IMG/VR virus record: IMGVR_UViG_3300027996_000020
Reading direction: 5' to 3' (one strand)
DNA: 64,000 nt
DNA from: an uncultured virus (IMG/VR IMGVR_UViG_3300027996_000020)
Lineage: Duplodnaviria; Heunggongvirae; Uroviricota; Caudoviricetes
In this document: piece after piece, positions 57,421-64,000 of the stretch
Numbering within the stretch: position 1 is the stretch's first letter
Layout: each line of letters opens with the position of its first letter
Position numbers and translations under genes: made by a program
Notes under the pieces: model-generated
Told to the model about the DNA's origin: nothing
What the model saw: the letters and a program-made list of their open reading frames with translations, nothing else
Databases searched by the model: none

Positions 57421-57660
57421 TCAAGAGAGTATTTTCCAATAAAAATTGTTCGATGTATCTTCTTCGGATTCGATAGTTGAAACAAGTATTTGATCGATTT
57501 CGCCGGGACGATGCGGGCCTTCAGGCCAAAAAGTAAACAAACAATAAATTTCCAGCCATTTTTCATTCGCAGATAAAACTAAATGGCGGTCCATTTCTTC
57601 CTCTTTCTTTGGCGGGAACCTGCAACAATGCGAGATGATTTGTCCCGGTTTCATTATCAT
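57421..57660 (-). CDS. small SH3/KOW-like hypothetical protein
   Basis: MKPGQIIS. Confidence 0.6.
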   Translation of the reverse strand: MIMKPGQIISHCCRFPPKKEEEMDRHLVLSANEKWLEIYCLFTFWPEGPHRPGEIDQILVSTIESEEDTSNNFYWKILS

Positions 57661-57815
57661 TATATGCTCTTTATCGAGAGGATTTTTTTGGAAAGTTAAT
57701 GAATTCAATAAAGTTAGCTTTGGCGTCCTCGATCTCTTTGTGGTAAAGTTTGGTCGCAAGACGATTTGACCTTCGCAACTCCTCGTTTAGAAGCTGGATT
57801 ATCAAATGTTGAGCT

Positions 57816-58187
57816 TCAAGCTTGAGGTTCATAAGCTACTCCGTAGGCTGTAAAGTAGTCACTTGACCATTCATCAGTTATATACCCTTTAATTGGGTTT
57901 TTAGTACGAGTTTCGGGTTGTTTCCATGTTGCGGGCTGAAAAATTGCGCCATCTTTTCGACGGATAAAAGCATATACAGTTTTACTGTTCTGAGCTTGAT
58001 TCTCATAGTGCTGCTCCTTAATCAATTTCCAATAAACTCGTCCTTTTTTGAAGTTTAGGAGTGGTATAGAACCATAATTCCTATTTTTACTGTGTGAGAT
58101 GTTAATTTTTTCCTGCAATTTTAGCAGTAGTAAGCCGAACTCATGTTGTATTTCAAGTTCTGAGGGTTCGAGGTTGATTTGTAACAC
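57816..58187 (-). CDS. phage-type hypothetical protein
   Basis: VYAFI...DGAIFQPATWKQP; promoter at 58211-58239. Confidence 0.65.
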   Translation of the reverse strand: MLQINLEPSELEIQHEFGLLLLKLQEKINISHSKNRNYGSIPLLNFKKGRVYWKLIKEQHYENQAQNSKTVYAFIRRKDGAIFQPATWKQPETRTKNPIKGYITDEWSSDYFTAYGVAYEPQA

Positions 58188-58259
58188 TGAAACTCCGAGT
58201 TTGTATAACCATTATACACTATATGAAGTGATTTGTCAAGTCATTTTCTGTATGATTTG

Positions 58260-58565
58260 TTACAGATCTTCACTTTCGGAAATTTTATAAACGTGAACCA
58301 TCTCGGGGAAAGAGGGAACGTCATGTGCACTTTGATAAACGGTAGTTACCTTTTGTTCATGAAAAGAAAAGACAACTATTCTTCTGGTGCAGAAAGTTGC
58401 GTAATCCATATCGAGCATATCATCATAAGAAAAGAAGGGATATTCCATATACCCGTATTCGTCGGTTGTCTCACTTTCTAAAACTAATCCATAATAGTAT
58501 TCAATATTACTTAAAAATGGCTTCCATCTTACAATATCTCCGCATTTGAAAGGTGGATTCGACAT
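58260..58565 (-). CDS. small SH3/KOW-like hypothetical protein
   Basis: FKCGDIVRW...YGLVL. Confidence 0.6.
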   Translation of the reverse strand: MSNPPFKCGDIVRWKPFLSNIEYYYGLVLESETTDEYGYMEYPFFSYDDMLDMDYATFCTRRIVVFSFHEQKVTTVYQSAHDVPSFPEMVHVYKISESEDL

Positions 58566-58568
58566 TCA

Positions 58569-59489
58569 TTATTTTTTCCCTTTGCCCTCTTTTATGGACA
58601 TAATGGTATCGTAGGATTCGCTCTTTAAATTTGATAAAGTTTCAAGCTCGCCCCCATTTCTTAACGCCTTAAAAACTAAATTTTCAACTGAAAATTCACC
58701 TCCCTGCTCAAGGCCACCCTGTCTGAATTTTCTTAATTTTTCTTTTAATCTATCAGAATCCCCATAGACCTCTTCATGCTTTCCCTCTTTTTGAAGCTTC
58801 TCAATCATCTTAATTGCTTCTCTCAGGCCATCGGTCTTTTGTTTAACTGCATCTTCACTAACCTCAAAATCAACTGGTGATGGTTCAATTACCCATTCCT
58901 CGTCTAAAATAGAATAAACGCCCGTTGAGTGGTGGGGTTCATTTATGTTTTGAACATATATTTCCACCTCGTGCGCCTTAATCATTATTTCGTGACTCCT
59001 GTTCCAATTGATTTTTGCCTCCATCAAATACTTTCTGACAAGTTCGATGTCCTCATCCACTGCCGAGTAGTCAATAACAATATGAACATCAAGATCTGAT
59101 TTGTCGGTCCAATTATAATTTGCCATGGAGCCAGTTAAGGTTATATTTAAAATATGTGCCGGTAATTCTAGTTTTTTATAAAAATCTTCGGCAATTCTTA
59201 CTAATCTGTCAGCAATCTCGGGTTTTAATCTATTATCATCATTCCAAATATCACGGTTTAGATCTTCTTTAATCTCGGGAATAAGACTAACTTCCTCCTC
59301 CATCGGCCCAAGACCTGATTTGCCACTTTTAGCAGAAATCTTGTGGGTATACGGCGCTGTGTTTGGAATACCACCATTTAACATCGTCTCCCTTTTGAAA
59401 GCCGGATTTATTTTATTGCGAACCTTTTCCTGATAAGGTTCAATCTCTTTTAAAATACTTTTAAACTCTTCCCACTCTTCTAAATACAT
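58569..59489 (-). CDS. Pol-beta-superfamily nucleotidyltransferase
   Basis: LTGSMANYNW...SDLDVH...VEIYVQ. Confidence 0.8.
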   Translation of the reverse strand: MYLEEWEEFKSILKEIEPYQEKVRNKINPAFKRETMLNGGIPNTAPYTHKISAKSGKSGLGPMEEEVSLIPEIKEDLNRDIWNDDNRLKPEIADRLVRIAEDFYKKLELPAHILNITLTGSMANYNWTDKSDLDVHIVIDYSAVDEDIELVRKYLMEAKINWNRSHEIMIKAHEVEIYVQNINEPHHSTGVYSILDEEWVIEPSPVDFEVSEDAVKQKTDGLREAIKMIEKLQKEGKHEEVYGDSDRLKEKLRKFRQGGLEQGGEFSVENLVFKALRNGGELETLSNLKSESYDTIMSIKEGKGKK

Positions 59490-59507
59490 AATTTTCCCTC
59501 ACTATAA

Positions 59508-59846
59508 CTAGTTTCCATAAAGCTCCTGCTCCCCATCTTGATAAGTTATTATTGTTTTATTATTGGGATGCGGGCCGATATGAACCTTAATGAAATCGCT
59601 CATTGAATCAAAAATTGCTATACCACCTCGGGGTGTAGGATAAAGCCAATGAACAATACATTGGCCAGTTCCCAGGACAACTCCTTCGATGACAACTCCC
59701 TCTCCAGATACTCCCGTTTCGTCGAGTTGCCGACAAACAGTAAAGGATCTGATTCCTCGTGGTGCCAGCTTGGATGGCGGTTTTGGCTTGAGGTCTTCCG
59801 CCTCGGTCCCCAGACCATCATCAAAAATGTCTTCTAAATCATCCAA
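59508..59846 (-). CDS. phage-type hypothetical protein
   Basis: RQLDETGVSGEGVVIEGV. Confidence 0.65.
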   Translation of the reverse strand: MDDLEDIFDDGLGTEAEDLKPKPPSKLAPRGIRSFTVCRQLDETGVSGEGVVIEGVVLGTGQCIVHWLYPTPRGGIAIFDSMSDFIKVHIGPHPNNKTIITYQDGEQELYGN

Positions 59847-60567
59847 ATGTCTCCCCCCTTAAATAGCGATCTATAATAACCCTCGTCTCAAGATAACTTA
59901 ACACAGAATGTACATTGTCATCTTCTGCCAGTGAGATTACTACGCTATAATCATTACCATGCGGACCTGTTTTATCCCCAAAGAAGCAGATCCTCTTACT
60001 GGGGTGGTGCTCTCTTAGATAGCTCACCGATTGTCTTTTGTCGTAACCCGATGGGTAAATATCTACAGAGATTTCACCACCGATTTTAGCATCCATGCCT
60101 GGAAACATAACCATTAGCATTACCGCAAACTTCTTTCTCTCCAATTTCCGCTTGTCCCATTTAAAATATGCCTCCCTTTCTGTCGGAGAGGCGTTGCGCC
60201 CTACAACGCTAAAGTTTATCATGCCCGGGCGATGCTCAATATGATTGCCTGTCTTTATTTCATAGGCAGATTCTTGCAGGAAAGTCTCTAAAAATTCCTC
60301 CAAACCCTCTTCAACTTCCAACTCATTTATATAAATAAGCTCATCCGATATATCAAGTTGGTTTGCTGAACTGCTGAAAATTCCGGCACAAGAGTCTAAA
60401 ATATCTTTTGGGACTTGCTCTTTTAGTTTCGCGAGGTCACTTCCAGAAACTAAATAAACTAAATTGTTTCCAACGAGTACCCTAAAAAGATTTGCAAAGT
60501 CTTGCGTCATCTCTTGGCGCGGTTCCGTAAGCGTACCATCCACATCAAATAGGAATATATTATCCAT
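59839..60567 (-). CDS. phosphomannomutase, eukaryote-type HAD-IIB
   Basis: FDVDGTLT.PRQ, SGSD, IEHRPGMINFS.VGRN, GGEISVDIYP, FFGDKT..GNDY. Confidence 0.88.
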   Translation of the reverse strand: MDNIFLFDVDGTLTEPRQEMTQDFANLFRVLVGNNLVYLVSGSDLAKLKEQVPKDILDSCAGIFSSSANQLDISDELIYINELEVEEGLEEFLETFLQESAYEIKTGNHIEHRPGMINFSVVGRNASPTEREAYFKWDKRKLERKKFAVMLMVMFPGMDAKIGGEISVDIYPSGYDKRQSVSYLREHHPSKRICFFGDKTGPHGNDYSVVISLAEDDNVHSVLSYLETRVIIDRYLRGETFG

Positions 60568-60577
60568 TGGATCCCCC

Positions 60578-60868
60578 CTATGCTTCGCCGACTGGCTTAA
60601 AGTCTTTCAACATCTCGTCGGTCAGCGTATCCTGTAGATCATCCATAAAGGACTTCATAGCTTCCTTGTTCTGCATAATGTCGGACTTCTTCATCTCGTC
60701 CATCATATCCCACAAGGAAGTGTTCTCGTCGAGCAGTCTAGCATTCTCTTGTTCATAAGTGGAAACCTGCTGTTCAAGGAGCAAAACTTCTTGAAGTAGC
60801 AGGTGTTCTCTATATTTTGGAACGTATCCGAAAAGTCTGAAAATTGAATCAAAAAGTTTGTGTATCAT
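60578..60868 (-). CDS. coiled-coil hypothetical protein
   Basis: ACTATTTA upstream. Confidence 0.6.
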   Translation of the reverse strand: MIHKLFDSIFRLFGYVPKYREHLLLQEVLLLEQQVSTYEQENARLLDENTSLWDMMDEMKKSDIMQNKEAMKSFMDDLQDTLTDEMLKDFKPVGEA

Positions 60869-60929
60869 GGTAAATCCCGTTTATAGTAAATAGTTCCTAT
60901 ATACATTATAACTCATTGAATTCTATTTG

Positions 60930-61940
60930 TCAAGGGCTTGCTGAAGAATTATTTACTCCCAAGTCTGCTGTGTGATTTGTTATGTAATTGTACTCCTTAA
61001 CGTCGTAACCGATCTCGATTAGCGAACCTTCAATCGGAATAACATTGAAATAGATTTTGTTATCTAGTTTGTTATAATACCAATGGCTGAATGGTATGCC
61101 ATCCTCGAAAACTACGATAGTTCCCTCGTAAGGGAGGTGCGTTAGCATATAATCCTCATAGGGTTCTATTTGATTTGTCGCCTCTTCAACTGCCGTTCCC
61201 CAATCCTCTTCGCAAATATCGATAATGTTTCCTGCGAAATAATCTGTCGCTTCCATATATCTTGCCCCTATCATATTTCCATAAGGTGCCCAAGTACAAA
61301 TCGAATCTGCCGTCTCTACGTTTACAATGGATGCCATATACGATCCTTTGCGAAGGTTCTCATACCACACAATAAAATCGTTCACTGTCATTGTAGACTG
61401 CTCTTCTTCGTCAGAGACAAATAAAACCAACAGAGAAGCGTCGTGTCGCAGCCACGTTTGGGCGTAAGCATCATTTTGGATGTATTCTTTAACAGCATCA
61501 AAGCCTCTTTCGTAACCATCACTCGGCAGGGCGTTTAACATATCTACTGCATCTTGGATGGTGTCCCCTCTCGTTAGAGGGAAAGTTGTTGTTTGGGTTA
61601 TATATCCACCAGCCGTGATCATCTTTAATCGCCAGTTTACATCTATCGGAAGATTATTCATCATAGCTTCTACGCCATCGAGAAGGCTAGCAGTGTGAGC
61701 GTTCATCGAACAAGACTTGTCGATAACCCATAAAATATCTATTTCGTCAAACGCTCCGACTTGCGTGAAGGAGTCAATCCATATCTCGGCGTCTGGCTCA
61801 ACCTCAACCTCAACGTACTCTATGATCGTTTCTGGTTCGTCACTATCTCCATATCCGTGGACAACATAATCAATATTCGTTGAGCAGGAAGTCATCAATA
61901 AGGCGCCGCATACGGCGATAATATATTTAAAAGCCTGCAT
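60930..61940 (-). CDS. vWA-domain lipoprotein
   Basis: signal ending MTSC; DILWVIDKSCSM (MIDAS), LFVSDEEEQS. Confidence 0.75.
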   Translation of the reverse strand: MQAFKYIIAVCGALLMTSCSTNIDYVVHGYGDSDEPETIIEYVEVEVEPDAEIWIDSFTQVGAFDEIDILWVIDKSCSMNAHTASLLDGVEAMMNNLPIDVNWRLKMITAGGYITQTTTFPLTRGDTIQDAVDMLNALPSDGYERGFDAVKEYIQNDAYAQTWLRHDASLLVLFVSDEEEQSTMTVNDFIVWYENLRKGSYMASIVNVETADSICTWAPYGNMIGARYMEATDYFAGNIIDICEEDWGTAVEEATNQIEPYEDYMLTHLPYEGTIVVFEDGIPFSHWYYNKLDNKIYFNVIPIEGSLIEIGYDVKEYNYITNHTADLGVNNSSASP

Positions 61941-62736
61941 TTGTTGTTACTCCTAATCTATCTAGATTCTGTCTCAAATAGACAGTATCAATTAGGTTGG
62001 CTGGTGCGACATACACAATTGAGCCAATTTTTTCTGGATAGCCGAATAAACTTCGACCCACCATAATAGCTACTACCACACCGACAAAATGGCCTTTCTT
62101 GTCAAAGACACCAGAACCCGAAGAGCCGCCCCAGGCAAATGACTGAATAGCCAAATCAGTACCAAATCCATCGCCAACTATTTCACCATTGAGAGTGAGC
62201 AAATTATTTGAACCTGGAAAACCTGAGTACACCACGGGATCCCCCACCACATATTTGGGCGTTCTCACAAATTTGGCCGGCTTGCGACTTTCCAGTGGGG
62301 CAATTCTAAAGATTGCCACATCGGTATAAGGATCGAAATAAGCTAGAGTCCCAACCACTTTTTCGTTGGGTGCGGTTATGAGCGCTTCGGATTCTAAAAC
62401 AGTTGGCAGCCCTTCTGCGAAGAGGTGCCCAGCAGTGATCACAATATGATGACCCTTATAAACAAAATAAGTACCGGTTCCCCGATACCTTCCTCTTTCT
62501 GTTTGAACCACCACTTTCACGGCGGACTCTCTTGACACCTTGTTAGTGTGTCCCGTTACTTTTTCTTTCACACCATATTCTAAATAACAACACTCCTGTC
62601 CCTCTTGTGCGTCTTTGACTCTCTGGCTAAGATCACCTAGAGAAGGTCCGATTTTTGTACAACCAGGAGTGGTTGCGATTAATATAAAGCATGTTAAAGC
62701 AAATAAAGTTCTTAATACCTTCCTTATAATTTTCAT
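61927..62736 (-). CDS. trypsin-like serine protease, exported
   Basis: ITAGH, TDVAI, GSSGSGV triad; N-terminal signal/lipobox TPGC. Confidence 0.85.
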   Translation of the reverse strand: MKIIRKVLRTLFALTCFILIATTPGCTKIGPSLGDLSQRVKDAQEGQECCYLEYGVKEKVTGHTNKVSRESAVKVVVQTERGRYRGTGTYFVYKGHHIVITAGHLFAEGLPTVLESEALITAPNEKVVGTLAYFDPYTDVAIFRIAPLESRKPAKFVRTPKYVVGDPVVYSGFPGSNNLLTLNGEIVGDGFGTDLAIQSFAWGGSSGSGVFDKKGHFVGVVVAIMVGRSLFGYPEKIGSIVYVAPANLIDTVYLRQNLDRLGVTTNAGF

Positions 62737-62844
62737 TGATTTAGTTCCTTATGACTATCACCTCTACTAGTAACTATCAAAGGAATGCCTAAAAGAAGAA
62801 CTATTTTATAATTTATAAGTTATTGGTTTCCTAAATAAAAAGAT

Positions 62845-63006
62845 TTATAAATCTGTATCTGGTTTTTCTTCGGGCCATTCTGTTTCTGGTAAACCCTCAA
62901 GATCTTCTTCAGTTAAGATCTCTTCTCTCAAGATAAGAGTAGGCTCCTCTACTTTCTTTTTTTTGAGGCACCCTCCGAGCAATAAAACTATCACCACCCA
63001 TTTCAT
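62845..63006 (-). CDS. small lipoprotein (53 aa, not in ORF track)
   Basis: MKWVVIVLLLGGC lipobox; ATGA overlap with the NUDIX stop. Confidence 0.6.
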   Translation of the reverse strand: MKWVVIVLLLGGCLKKKKVEEPTLILREEILTEEDLEGLPETEWPEEKPDTDL

Positions 63007-63416
63007 TTGAATGCACTCCTTATGACAGCTAAATAAACTTTCCCTATATTTAGGTCCGCGAGTGTATTTGGGTCAACCCACAGAAAGTCATCGTGTTCTG
63101 GTAGCTCTTTGGAACTGAATAATTCACCACCCCAATCTTCTGTCCTGAAATATTTATTTTTTCCTTTATCTGAAATCATTTTCATCTTTCTGATATCGAG
63201 GTTTGTTTCTTCTTTAGCCTCTCTCCTCGCACCTTCCTCCCAAGTCTCTCCCTCTTTAAGATGTCCTCCGGGGAGATCCCACCTCATAGGAAAGGGCTGG
63301 TCTTTTCTTCTGAGCAACAATAAGATTTCACCTTTGTCATTCACGATCACTACCTTCGCGATCTTTCTAGTATCTCGGCGTGATTGTTGAGGCGAGGTTA
63401 CTTTCACTTTAATCAC
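63003..63416 (-). CDS. NUDIX hydrolase
   Basis: GGHLKEGETWEEGARREAKEETNL Nudix box. Confidence 0.93.
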   Translation of the reverse strand: MIKVKVTSPQQSRRDTRKIAKVVIVNDKGEILLLLRRKDQPFPMRWDLPGGHLKEGETWEEGARREAKEETNLDIRKMKMISDKGKNKYFRTEDWGGELFSSKELPEHDDFLWVDPNTLADLNIGKVYLAVIRSAFK

Positions 63417-63769
63417 CCAATTTGTTCCGGAGATGAGACAACCCTAATTACTTTGCAACCAGGGATTTCATTACTCCTCAGAGAAGGAAGCAAGAAGTCT
63501 TTTATATAAGTTCCAGGGGAAGTTGAATCTCTGTGGGGATGAAACTTTATCCGAATATGACTCATATAAGAGGCGCTGTTTTTTCGGAATAACGAATCCA
63601 GAGCAGTTACTACGGTCACGCCGGAAATAGAACGAATATCCTGCAACGTCTCCTCCACTCCAAACTCAGAGTCAATTCTTAACAGAAGCTCTACCTGGAA
63701 TATTCTTAACTTATATTTTTCCTCGCGGAGAAGCTCTAATTGTTCATCTATAATCTGATCTAGGTTCAT
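63413..63769 (-). CDS. hypothetical protein
   Basis: ATGA overlaps; DIRSISGVTVV. Confidence 0.65.
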   Translation of the reverse strand: MNLDQIIDEQLELLREEKYKLRIFQVELLLRIDSEFGVEETLQDIRSISGVTVVTALDSLFRKNSASYMSHIRIKFHPHRDSTSPGTYIKDFLLPSLRSNEIPGCKVIRVVSSPEQIG

Positions 63770-64000
63770 TTTTCATCACCCCAAAATTTCCACCACGGCT
63801 TCTTTTCGGACTCAGCATCTTTGTAGGCACTGCGTGCTGTTTGTGCGTCATCTATGAAGTTTTGAAGTTCCCCATTGTCTAAATCTAAGCCTAACTCTTC
63901 GGCCTTCTCAGCGAATCTAGCTAAATCGGCGTGTCTTTCAGTGACATCATATCTGGTGCTGTTAAAATATTCGGCGCCCCATTCAACCAAATCATCGGCC
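63766..64000 (-). CDS. hypothetical protein, probably 5'-truncated by the window edge
   Basis: ends KKPWWKFWGDEK. Confidence 0.55.
   Translation of the reverse strand, partial: ADDLVEWGAEYFNSTRYDVTERHADLARFAEKAEELGLDLDNGELQNFIDDAQTARSAYKDAESEKKPWWKFWGDEK

Larger units (their letters stand above)
47841..57424 (-). promoter_or_regulatory. nine 55-bp triple-box promoters TTGACA-N5-TTGACA-N9-(-35)-N17-TATAAT at 47841-47895, 50045-50099, 51347-51401, 52213-52267, 53976-54030, 54732-54786, 54990-55044, 56155-56209, 57370-57424
   Basis: identical spacing in all nine; TATAAT perfect in all; one box is TTTACA in the last copy. Confidence 0.85.

Noticed and set aside
1999..63390. Numerous plus-strand ORFs in the track
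   Set aside because: They are antisense shadows of well-supported minus-strand genes (S/F/L-rich, no SD).
1..64000. Stop-codon reassignment
   Set aside because: Genes pack densely under the standard code and TAA, TAG and TGA all end recognisable proteins at plausible positions.

Overview
This 64-kb window is best read as part of a large (probably jumbo) tailed dsDNA phage genome. It is AT-rich, uses the standard genetic code, and nearly every gene lies on the minus strand. No core capsid, terminase or polymerase genes fall inside it. From left to right it contains: (1) a glycosyltransferase cluster with adjacent GT11 and GT6 genes and a sulfotransferase-like gene; (2) a Cas4-like nuclease, PIN-PhoH, tRNA-Arg(UCU), tRNA-Ile2(CAU), a fatty-acid hydroxylase, a candidate structured ncRNA, and a Fis-like gene behind a 9-bp tandem array; (3) a putative late region (about 14-42 kb) whose genes follow an ACTANTTA motif. 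This region holds S/T-G-S-rich structural-type proteins, two amidoligase paralogues plus a gamma-glutamylcyclotransferase, a likely endolysin and a tmRNA. It also holds two families of unrelated 'cargo' proteins with short conserved N-terminal leaders (MKLLLENWRxYLNE and MKxTKxQLxxIIxEE) that resemble capsid-targeting, prohead-protease-cleaved signals; (4) two HNH genes and an 870-bp non-coding hub with a perfect 30-bp inverted repeat, G-tracts and clustered TTGACA boxes; (5) a putative early region (45.5-58.5 kb) of small genes, many with SH3/KOW-like starts, driven by nine promoters of identical 55-bp architecture (TTGACA-N5-TTGACA-N9-[-35]-N17-TATAAT), plus a MoxR-like AAA/vWA-metallopeptidase pair; (6) a nucleotidyltransferase, phosphomannomutase, vWA lipoprotein, trypsin-like protease and NUDIX hydrolase. 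The most promising undescribed system is the leader-tagged cassette array of putative virion-packaged enzymes. All protein assignments come from recognising motifs by eye; no database searches were run.
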